Assembly: GCA_041479905.1 (NCBI GenBank)
Contig: JBGOYY010000009.1
Location: 653 to 64,652, forward strand
DNA from: Candidatus Aminicenantia bacterium
GTDB taxonomy: Bacteria > Acidobacteriota > Aminicenantia > Aminicenantales > Saccharicenantaceae
Length of the DNA: 64,000 bases
Reading direction: 5' to 3'
Position 1 is the first letter of the stretch; the number at the start of each line of letters is the position of its first letter. The position numbers and the translations under genes are program-made. The notes below the pieces were generated by a model that was not told the origin of the DNA, searched no databases, and saw only the letters and a list, made by a program, of their open reading frames with translations. Shown here piece by piece: positions 35,007-43,394 of this stretch.

Positions 35007-36230
35007 ATGAGCAGAAAGCCGCAGGATCGACGGACGTTCATCAAAACGATGGCCGGAGGCGCGGTCGTCTGGAGGTCGTCGTTGGCCGGATTGTTCGGCG
35101 CCGGGCCGTCGGCCCCGCCGCGGCTCGAGAAGGACGGCATGTTCTATCGCCGGCTGGGCCGCACGGAATTGCTCGTCTCCGAGATCTCGCTCGGCAGCAG
35201 TCCCCTTCCCGACCCGACACTGCTCAGAGCCCTCGTCGACCGGGGCATCAATTACATCGACACCTCCCACAACTACGACAACGGTAACGCCGAGCGGCAG
35301 ATCGGCCGTCTGCTCAAGGACGTCGGGCGGGACAAGGTTCACGTCGCCACGAAGTTCCACGTCGCACCCCGGGACACGCCGGCGTCCATCATGGCGTCGG
35401 TCCACGGCAGCCTCAAGCGCCTGGACGTCGAGACGATCGACGTCCTGATGATCCACGGTGCGGAAACGGCCGGCGTCCTCGTCGACGAGCGCGTCCTGGC
35501 CGCCTACGAGCAGTTGAAGCGGGAGGGCGCCTACCGATTCCGGGGACTGTCCTGCCACGCGAACCATGACGAAGTCGTCCGCAAGGCCGTCACTTGCGGT
35601 CTATACGACATGGTCCAGGTCGGCTACAACGTCTTCGACATCCAGGAGTCCGCCCGGGAGGTCGAAACCTACCCGGACTATCTCGGCACGAGCGGCATCC
35701 GGGCTCTTCTCGAGCTGGCCCATTCCCGAGGCGTGGGCGTCGTCGCCATGAAGACGCTCAAGGTCGGCGGCCGGAGGCAAAATCTGGAGAAATATAGAAC
35801 CGGGGCCGCCTCCCTCTACCAAGCCATGCTGAAGTGGGTTCTCGACGACGACCGGGTGACGTCGGCCGTGACCGAGATCCTCAACAGACAGCAGATGGAG
35901 GAGGACCTCGGCGCCGCCGGGGCGCGATTGAGCGGGGCCGAGGAGCGAACGCTCGCCCGCTACGTCCGCGAGAACGGCAAGGACTACTGCCACGGCTGCG
36001 CCCGGTGCCGCCGAGCCTGCTTGTCGGGCGTGGCCACGACGGCCATCCTCCACGCCCTCGCCTACCACGAAAGCTACGGCAAGACCGTCCGGGCCCGGGA
36101 TTCTTACGCGTCCCTCGGAAGCGGAGAGAAAGCCTCGGCCTGCCGCGATTGCGGGGCGTGTGAAAAGGCCTGCCCTTACGGCGTGGCGGTGCGGTCCAGG
36201 GTCAGGGAAGCCGGACGCATCCTAGCCTGA
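35007..36230 (+). CDS. Tat-exported aldo/keto reductase with C-terminal Fe-S-type cysteine clusters
   Basis: Twin-arginine signal QDRRTFIKTMAGGA, an AKR core (GINYIDTSHNYDNGNAE, DVLMIHG), and C-terminal CHGCARCRRAC ... CRDCGACEKACP. Confidence 0.75.
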   Translation: MSRKPQDRRTFIKTMAGGAVVWRSSLAGLFGAGPSAPPRLEKDGMFYRRLGRTELLVSEISLGSSPLPDPTLLRALVDRGINYIDTSHNYDNGNAERQIGRLLKDVGRDKVHVATKFHVAPRDTPASIMASVHGSLKRLDVETIDVLMIHGAETAGVLVDERVLAAYEQLKREGAYRFRGLSCHANHDEVVRKAVTCGLYDMVQVGYNVFDIQESAREVETYPDYLGTSGIRALLELAHSRGVGVVAMKTLKVGGRRQNLEKYRTGAASLYQAMLKWVLDDDRVTSAVTEILNRQQMEEDLGAAGARLSGAEERTLARYVRENGKDYCHGCARCRRACLSGVATTAILHALAYHESYGKTVRARDSYASLGSGEKASACRDCGACEKACPYGVAVRSRVREAGRILA

Positions 36231-36246
36231 AAAAAGGCCCCCGTCC

Positions 36247-38547
36247 TCAGATCTGCCAGGCGTAGCCGACCTTCATGAAAAAGGTCCGGTCGGTCCGGGT
36301 GATGCCGACGCGGGCCGGGCCGAGCCAGCTGTCGAAGACGCCGCCCATCGAGTTGTCCGAATAGCCCAGGAAGAGGACGGTCCGCGGGTTGAGCTTATAA
36401 GAGAACAAGAACTGGGTGAAAAGCCTTTTGGTCCGCGAATCGACGGGGATAACGGACATGGCCGGGTTCTGCTCGAGGTCGCGGTACTGGAGGATGGCCC
36501 GGACGAAGGCGCGGACGCTGAAGTTCCAGAGGATCTTGGCCTGACTCAGGTTGGCCGTGTAGATCGTGTCGCCGGAGATCGAGAGGCGCTCGTAGGTATG
36601 GCCGAAGCCGAGGTTGAGCCGGCGGAAGAGGTTGAAAGAGGCGGTCGGCCCGGCGGCGAAGATATCGGCCAGTCGCGAACCGGCGAAGTCGATGGCCTGG
36701 CCGGCCATGCCCTCGACGCCGATCTCCGAACCGCTGAAGGGCCGGATGCGGAAGTCGAACGTCCCGTAAGCCGTGTCAAAATAGCGGCCGTCGTAGAAGG
36801 TCCTGACGAAATTGACGTTTACGTTGAGCTGGGTTTCGAGGTTGCCCTGATACATCCCTACCAGGGTTAGGCCACGGTCGGTCAGCGCGCCGTTATGATT
36901 GTAAACGACCTCGCCCCCGGCCCCGAGCCGGATGAGGTTGAACCAGCTCTTCGGCTTGCCCCAAATCTGGCGGAAGAGCGAGGCCTCGCCGCGCCGGGTG
37001 TCGACGCGGGGGACGAATCCGTAGTCGGCCCGGAATCCCGGGGAAAGGTCCTCATAGGAGGTCTGGATGATCCAATTGCGGGAGAAGTGCTGGAATTGGA
37101 GGTTCACCGCGTTGCCGCCGAACCGGGTGTCCCGCTGGCCGTAAGCGAGGGCGATGGCCTCGGGGTAGTCCGTCTCCGAATGGAGGAATTGGAAGATGAT
37201 CGAGCTCTTCTGGTCGAGGCGCAGGAAGCCGTCCGCCCCCGCGACATGGTTGTAGTAATCGTTCCCGGCGCGGCCCGTATAGAGGACGCCCAGCGTCGAC
37301 ATCCGGCCGATGTCCTGGCGGAGCCTGAAGACGCCGCCGTAGGCGTTCTGGTCAAGCGAGCTCTGGACAGAACCCTGGTTCGAGGGGAAGATGAAGTTCG
37401 TGATCTCGTCCTGGGCGCCGAAGAAGCCCATGGCCGTGCGCCCGGACTTGCCGGTCAGCTTCGTGCCCCACAGAGGGTCGGCCACGGTCCGGGTGAAGAC
37501 GGCCTGGACCGGAGTCAGGAAAAAATCGGCGCCTTCGAGGAAAAACGGGCGCTTTTCGGGATAGAACAGAGCGAAGCGGCGGTTGATCTCGAACTGGGCG
37601 ACGTCGGCCTCGACCTGGGAGAAATCAGGATTGGCCGTGGCGTTAAGGATGAAGTTGGGGGTGATCCCCCACTTGGCGGTCAGGCCGGGCTCATAATCCG
37701 GTTTTCCCCGTTCGAGCGACCCATCAGGATATTCCTCCGGTTTCATGGCGTCGGTCCGGCTGGCCGTGAAGGTCGGGTTGAGCTCGATGGCCTTCCCGGG
37801 AATGATCCCCTCGAAACCGGTCAGTTTGTTGAACTGGCAGAGGATGCAATTGACGTTCCTGGAACGGGGGTGGGAGGTCATGCGGTGCCGGGTGTCCCGT
37901 GGCCAAGACCGCTCGGCGCTGAAGCCCCACGTCTGGGGTCCTTCGGACTTGCGGAAGCGGAGCTGGCTGAGGGGGATGGCCACTTCGATGGCGTAACCCC
38001 AGTCGGTGATCTTCGCGGCAGCGGCCCAGATCGCGTCCCAGGAGAAATCCTCGTATCCCTCGAGCTCGCTGAATATGGCGTCGGCCTGGACGCCCATGGG
38101 GTTGACCCGGAACTGGAACGCCCGGCGCTCATCGTTGAAGGCGTCCACCATGAAGCTGATGTGGTCGTCGAGGATCAGGGTGTCCGTGTCGTCGCGGTCC
38201 ATAAGATGGGCTCGGATCTTGCGCGGCTCGGGGTCGAAACAACGGAAGCCGATATAGAGGTTGTGGATGTCGTAGGTGACCAGGCACTCTGTCCTGACCG
38301 GGGCGGGAATATTGTCCCCCGGCTGCCATTCGAACGGCAGGAGGATCGCCGGGGCCGCCGCCCAGGCTTCTTCGTCGAGGACGCCGTCCACCTCGATCTT
38401 CGAAAGGGCTTTGGTCACCTGGAACCGGGCGGATTCGGCGCGTTCCGGCTTGGCTGGAGCCTGGGAGGTTGAGGCGAAACCGGCCATCGCTGCACAGAGA
38501 AAGGCGGCTGCGGACAGGACGAGGGCAGGGCGGCGGGCTGGGTTCAT
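36247..38547 (-). CDS. CBM9-like / DUF5916-type large secreted (outer-membrane-like) protein
   Basis: Signal peptide; N-terminal IEVDGVLDEEAWAAAP block as in CBM9/DOMON-like modules; a long beta-rich C-terminal region ending in an aromatic residue (VGYAWQI). AAGGAG upstream of ATG 38547. Confidence 0.6.
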   Translation of the reverse strand: MNPARRPALVLSAAAFLCAAMAGFASTSQAPAKPERAESARFQVTKALSKIEVDGVLDEEAWAAAPAILLPFEWQPGDNIPAPVRTECLVTYDIHNLYIGFRCFDPEPRKIRAHLMDRDDTDTLILDDHISFMVDAFNDERRAFQFRVNPMGVQADAIFSELEGYEDFSWDAIWAAAAKITDWGYAIEVAIPLSQLRFRKSEGPQTWGFSAERSWPRDTRHRMTSHPRSRNVNCILCQFNKLTGFEGIIPGKAIELNPTFTASRTDAMKPEEYPDGSLERGKPDYEPGLTAKWGITPNFILNATANPDFSQVEADVAQFEINRRFALFYPEKRPFFLEGADFFLTPVQAVFTRTVADPLWGTKLTGKSGRTAMGFFGAQDEITNFIFPSNQGSVQSSLDQNAYGGVFRLRQDIGRMSTLGVLYTGRAGNDYYNHVAGADGFLRLDQKSSIIFQFLHSETDYPEAIALAYGQRDTRFGGNAVNLQFQHFSRNWIIQTSYEDLSPGFRADYGFVPRVDTRRGEASLFRQIWGKPKSWFNLIRLGAGGEVVYNHNGALTDRGLTLVGMYQGNLETQLNVNVNFVRTFYDGRYFDTAYGTFDFRIRPFSGSEIGVEGMAGQAIDFAGSRLADIFAAGPTASFNLFRRLNLGFGHTYERLSISGDTIYTANLSQAKILWNFSVRAFVRAILQYRDLEQNPAMSVIPVDSRTKRLFTQFLFSYKLNPRTVLFLGYSDNSMGGVFDSWLGPARVGITRTDRTFFMKVGYAWQI

Positions 38548-38724
38548 CTCGGCTCCTTTTATCTAAATACTCCGGAACGGGGCAGAAGGTTGTGAAAGAG
38601 GCAACAATCCGGTAAATTAACTTTACCGGAATTCGCGGCCTAAACGCAACGGGCGGTCCGGGCGAATTATCGAATGAGAGGAGCCCGGGGGTGAAGGGCA
38701 GCCGGGAATGGCCGAGGTGACGTC

Positions 38725-40353
38725 ATGCGGCGTGGCGGACAGAAAGCGATACTGATTTGCGCTCTATCCGGATTGGCCGCCTGCGCCCCCATGAAAAAAG
38801 CGACCGTCACACCGACGGCCCCGCCGCCCGTCGATTGGGGGGCAAGGATCGCGGCGGCCGACGCGCTCCATGCCCGGGGCCATTACACGGCGCTGCGGGA
38901 CGCTCTGAGAATCTACGAGGAGGCGTTGGCAATCCCGGAACGCCGGGCGGCCGTCTCGGAAAAATTCGTCCGCTCGGCCGTCGCGCTGGGCCTGCGCGAG
39001 AAGGAGCTCGGCATCCTCCCCAGGAAGCCGGCGCAAGACCTGGCCGCTTTCGTCGCCGCCGACCCGGCGCTCGCCCCCTACGCCTCGTCGCTGGAGCTCT
39101 TGGCCGGCCTGCCCAACAAGGTCAAGGGCAAGCCGGGGGATCTCGAGACGGGCGGCCGGACCTTGGAGGCCCAGCTCGACTGGGTGAACGCCAGGGTCCC
39201 AGACCTCGACAGGGAAATCGGGGAGCGGGCGCAAAGCGACGACCTGGCGGCCGCCCTCCGCCTGGCGCTGCGCGCGACCTATTTTTATAAGTTCCAGGAC
39301 AAGCTCGCGCCGGGGATATACGCGGACCTCCATCCCGGTTCCCGCCAGGCGGCTTTCCAGACGGCCGTCTCTCCGTCCCTCGAGCCGGACCGGCTCGAGG
39401 CGCTCCTCGCTCTCGACCCGGAATTCTCCGAAATCCACTACTACCTCGGCGAGGTCGCTCTTCTCGGCGGAAAACTCCTCACGGCCGAGCGGCATTACCT
39501 CACGGTCCATGAAAAAATCCCCGAATCTCTTTCCGTCCTCATCTCCCTGGCCAAGGTCGCCTTCCAGATGGAGGAAACCGAAAGCTGTCTTGGATACAAC
39601 GAAAAAGCCCTGGCGCTCTTCCCGACGTATCGCGACGCCCTGCTCGGCCAGGGCCTCTGCCTCGGCTACCTCGGGCAGAACGAAGAGGCCCTGGCCATCC
39701 TCGGCCGGCTCATCGAGCTCGGCACCTACTACATCGGCGAAGCCCGCTACTGGACGGCCTGGAACCTCAACGAGCTCGGGCGCCTCGAAGAGGCCCGGCG
39801 GGCGGTCGAATCGGCGAAGGTTTTCCTCGTCGGCGTGAGCGACGTCGCGGCGCTCTCGGGGATCGTCGCCTATCGGCAGGGACGCCTGGGCGACGCCGAA
39901 AAGGATCTCCGCGAAGCCCTGAACATCGAGCCGTCCGCGAGCGACGCGGCTTATTACCTCGGCCGGCTCTACGCCGACCTCAAGGATTGGATGAATTCGG
40001 GCATCTATTTCGCCGGGGCGGCGCTCTCGTTCGAGGACAAAGAAAGAAGCATGGAGAAAAAGATCGAGGAGATCGAGGCTTCCGAGATGCCGCCGGAGCG
40101 CCGGGCGCGTCTCGTCACGAAAAAGAGGGTCCAAATCCTCTCCGTCCAAGCGACCAAAGCGACCTGCCAGTACAACGGCGCGGCCGGCTTCCACAACGCC
40201 GGGGCCTTCGAACGGGCCCTCGACCTGGCCCGTCTCGCGGCCGCGCATCCCGCCTTCGCCGAGAAGGCCGCGGAGCTGCTCAAGTTGATCCGGGACCGCT
40301 CGACTCCGGCCCGGAATTGTTGTATAAATTGTTGTATAATAGGTCGCCAATGA
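38725..40353 (+). CDS. TPR-repeat lipoprotein
   Basis: Lipobox LSGLAAC and multiple TPR-like helices in the C-terminal half. The stop overlaps the next ATG (ATGA at 40350-40353). Confidence 0.65.
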   Translation: MRRGGQKAILICALSGLAACAPMKKATVTPTAPPPVDWGARIAAADALHARGHYTALRDALRIYEEALAIPERRAAVSEKFVRSAVALGLREKELGILPRKPAQDLAAFVAADPALAPYASSLELLAGLPNKVKGKPGDLETGGRTLEAQLDWVNARVPDLDREIGERAQSDDLAAALRLALRATYFYKFQDKLAPGIYADLHPGSRQAAFQTAVSPSLEPDRLEALLALDPEFSEIHYYLGEVALLGGKLLTAERHYLTVHEKIPESLSVLISLAKVAFQMEETESCLGYNEKALALFPTYRDALLGQGLCLGYLGQNEEALAILGRLIELGTYYIGEARYWTAWNLNELGRLEEARRAVESAKVFLVGVSDVAALSGIVAYRQGRLGDAEKDLREALNIEPSASDAAYYLGRLYADLKDWMNSGIYFAGAALSFEDKERSMEKKIEEIEASEMPPERRARLVTKKRVQILSVQATKATCQYNGAAGFHNAGAFERALDLARLAAAHPAFAEKAAELLKLIRDRSTPARNCCINCCIIGRQ

Positions 40354-42155
40354 ATGATTCCCGCACGCCCGTCGACGATGTGACCACCCTCAGCCGCCTC
40401 TTCCTCCAGGCCTGCCGGACACATAGGAAACCCGACAGGATGATGGTCAAAGAGGATGGCGCCTGGAAGTCCATCTCGACGGCGAAATTCGAAGCTACCG
40501 TCCGGCGTCTCTCGTTGGGTTTCCAGGCCCTCGGCCTGAAGCCGGGCGACAGGGTCGCGCTCCTCTCGGAGAACAGGCCCGAGTGGGTCATGGCCGACTT
40601 CGCCACGCTCACGGCCGGCGGAGTCACCGTCCCCATCTACACCTCCCTCCTCCCCGACCAGGTCCGCCACATCGTCGACGACGCCGGCGCGACGATCGTC
40701 GTCTGCTCCGATCGGGACCTCCTCCGAAAAGTCGAGGCCGTACGCAGCGCCCTCCCCTCGATCGAACACGTCGTCCTCCTCGAAGGCGAAGCGCCGGAGG
40801 GCACGCTCGCCTTAGCGGATGTCCTGGACAGGGGCAAGCGGCTCGAGGAGACATCGCCCGGTTTGTTCGAACGTTCGGCCGAAGCGGTCCGGCCCGGGGA
40901 CCTGGCCTCCATCATCTACACGTCGGGAACGACGGGCGTGGCCAAGGGCGTGATGCTGAGCCACGGGAATTTCGTCAGCAACATCAAGTCGTTGGTTTCC
41001 ATCCTCGACTTCCGCTCGACCGACACCGCCCTCTCCTTCCTCCCGTTGTCACACGTCCTCGAGCGTACGGCCGCCTTCATCTTCATCCACCGGGGCTCGA
41101 CGATCGCCTACGCCGAAAGCATCGAGGCCGTCGCCGCGAACCTCGTCGAGGTCCGCCCGCACGTCGTCATCAGCGTGCCCCGGCTCTTCGAAAAGATCTA
41201 CGCCCGGGTCATGGACCAGGTCCTGGCCGGCTCCCGCCTGAAGCGGGCGATCTTCGTCTGGGCCCTGGGGACGGGCAAAAAATACGCGGCCAAGATCATC
41301 GCCCGCGAGCCCGTGCCGAAAGCACTGGCCTTCAAGCGCGGCCTGGCCCAAAAGCTCGTCTTCTCGAAGATCACCGCCCGGACGGGCGGCCGGATGAGGT
41401 TCTTCGTCTGCGGCGGGGCTCCCCTCTCAAATGACATCACCGAATTCTTCTATGCCATGGGGCTCGTTATCCTGCCCGGATACGGGCTGACGGAAACCTC
41501 TCCCGTCCTCACCGGCAACACGTTCGAGAACTACCGGTTCGGCACCGTGGGCAAGGCCATCCCGGACGTCGATCTGCGGATCGCCGAGGACGGCGAGATC
41601 CTGGCCCGCGGCCCCAACGTCATGATGGGCTACTACAAGAACGAGGCGGACACCCGCGAGGTCATGAAGGATGGCTGGCTGCACACCGGGGACCTCGGCC
41701 GCTTCGACGACGACGGCTTTCTGATCATCACCGACCGCAAGAAGGATATGATCGTGACCTCGGGCGGAAAGAACATCGCCCCCCAGCCCATCGAAAGCCT
41801 TATCCAATCGAGCCCGTATATCGCCAACGCCGTGGTCGTGGGGAGCAGCCGCAGGTTCGTCTCGGCCCTCATCGTCCCGAACTTCGACAAGCTCGAAAGC
41901 CATGCCAGAGCCAAGGGCATCCCCTTCAAGGACCGGGCCGAGCTCTGCCGCCGAACGGAGATGATCGATTTCCTGCTCGACGAGGTCAACCGCGTGACAC
42001 CCGACCTGGCCTCCTACGAACGGGTCAAGAAAATCGCCGTCCTCGACCGCGACTTCGAGATGGGCCTGGGCGAAGTCACGCCGACGCTCAAGGTCAAGCG
42101 GAACATCGTCGAGAAGAAATACGCGGACCTCATCGAAGCCCTTTACCGGGATTGA
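40350..42155 (+). CDS. Long-chain-fatty-acid--CoA ligase (AMP-forming)
   Basis: AMP-binding signature IIYTSGTTGVAKGV, plus YGLTE and GWLHTGDLG motifs. ATG 40350 is coupled to the upstream stop; the track start at 39987 overlaps the TPR gene. Confidence 0.88.
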   Translation: MNDSRTPVDDVTTLSRLFLQACRTHRKPDRMMVKEDGAWKSISTAKFEATVRRLSLGFQALGLKPGDRVALLSENRPEWVMADFATLTAGGVTVPIYTSLLPDQVRHIVDDAGATIVVCSDRDLLRKVEAVRSALPSIEHVVLLEGEAPEGTLALADVLDRGKRLEETSPGLFERSAEAVRPGDLASIIYTSGTTGVAKGVMLSHGNFVSNIKSLVSILDFRSTDTALSFLPLSHVLERTAAFIFIHRGSTIAYAESIEAVAANLVEVRPHVVISVPRLFEKIYARVMDQVLAGSRLKRAIFVWALGTGKKYAAKIIAREPVPKALAFKRGLAQKLVFSKITARTGGRMRFFVCGGAPLSNDITEFFYAMGLVILPGYGLTETSPVLTGNTFENYRFGTVGKAIPDVDLRIAEDGEILARGPNVMMGYYKNEADTREVMKDGWLHTGDLGRFDDDGFLIITDRKKDMIVTSGGKNIAPQPIESLIQSSPYIANAVVVGSSRRFVSALIVPNFDKLESHARAKGIPFKDRAELCRRTEMIDFLLDEVNRVTPDLASYERVKKIAVLDRDFEMGLGEVTPTLKVKRNIVEKKYADLIEALYRD

Positions 42156-42187
42156 GCGCTGCCCGCTATCATGTTAGAAGTCGTCCG

Positions 42188-43363
42188 ATGACCAAGAAAT
42201 GCTATCTGTCGCACCTCGAGTGCGGGCTGTGCGGCGAACGCTTCGACGCCGACAAGCTGTGGAACCTCTGCCCCGCATGCCAGAAACCGCTTCTCGTCCG
42301 CTATGACCTGGATGCGGCCAGGGCCGGCTTCGCTCGCGGTCTCCTGGCCGGCCGCGAACCGACGATGTGGCGGTACCGCGAGCTTCTCCCGTTGCGAGAT
42401 GACAAGTTCAAGCTATGTCTGGGCGAGGGATTTACGCCCCTCTTTCGAGCGAGTCGCCTGGAACGGGAAATCGGCCACGCTCCTCTCTATATCAAGGACG
42501 AAGGCCTTAACCCGACGGGTTCGTTCAAGGCCCGGGGCCTGGCCGCGGCCGTCTCCCGCGCTTACGAGCTGGGTGTCAAGGCGGTCTCGATCCCAACGGC
42601 AGGGAACGCCGGGTGCGCCATGAGCGCCTACGCCGCCCTGGCCGGACTCGAGGCCCACGTGTACATGCCGGCCGACGTCCCCCGGCCGTTCATCAACGAA
42701 TGCCGGGTCCTCGGCGCGCAAGTGACGCTCATCGACGGCCTCATCACCGACTGCGGCAGGGCCGCCCGAGAGGGGGTCGAGAAACACGGGCGGTTCGACG
42801 TCTCGACGCTCAAGGAGCCCTACCGGATCGAGGGCAAAAAGACGATGGGCTATGAAGTGGCTGAACAGATGAATTGGGCCCTCCCCGACGTCATCATCTA
42901 CCCGACCGGCGGCGGCACCGGACTCGTCGGGATGTGGAAGGCCTTCGACGAGATGGAAAAGCTCGGCTGGATCGGCTCCAAGCGGCCGCGGATGGTCACG
43001 GTCCAGGCGGACGGCTGCGCGCCCATGGTCAAGGCCTTCCACGAGGGCCGGGAATTCGCCGAGCCCTGGCCGAACGCCCGGACGATCGCGGACGGCATGC
43101 GGGTCCCGGCGGCCGTGGGCGATTTCCTCATCCTGCGGGCCCTGCGCGAGAGCGGCGGGACCGCTGTGGCCGTCCCGGACGCCGGAATTCTGGAATCGAC
43201 TTTCCTCATGGGAAAGGCGACCGGTATCTGGCCGGCGCCGGAGGGCGGAGCGACTTTAGCCGCTTTCTTGCGTCTCAGAAAAGACGGCTGGATCCGGGAC
43301 GGGGAATCCGTCGTCCTTTTCAACACCGGCAGCGGGGCGAAATACTCCCACATCTGGGACTGA
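42188..43363 (+). CDS. thrC: Threonine synthase (short form with N-terminal zinc-ribbon)
   Basis: CGLCGERF...CPAC ribbon, PLP-lysine block NPTGSFKARG, and the glycine loop PTGGGTG. Confidence 0.85.
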   Translation: MTKKCYLSHLECGLCGERFDADKLWNLCPACQKPLLVRYDLDAARAGFARGLLAGREPTMWRYRELLPLRDDKFKLCLGEGFTPLFRASRLEREIGHAPLYIKDEGLNPTGSFKARGLAAAVSRAYELGVKAVSIPTAGNAGCAMSAYAALAGLEAHVYMPADVPRPFINECRVLGAQVTLIDGLITDCGRAAREGVEKHGRFDVSTLKEPYRIEGKKTMGYEVAEQMNWALPDVIIYPTGGGTGLVGMWKAFDEMEKLGWIGSKRPRMVTVQADGCAPMVKAFHEGREFAEPWPNARTIADGMRVPAAVGDFLILRALRESGGTAVAVPDAGILESTFLMGKATGIWPAPEGGATLAAFLRLRKDGWIRDGESVVLFNTGSGAKYSHIWD

Positions 43364-43394
43364 TCCGGCTCGCCGGAAAGGAGCCCTCGAGACC

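Noticed and set aside
39987-40349. 121-codon N-terminal extension of the acyl-CoA ligase ORF.
   Set aside because: It overlaps the 3' end of the TPR gene in another frame and is Arg/Gly/Pro-rich. ATG 40350 forms an ATGA junction with the TPR stop and gives a normal ligase N-terminus.
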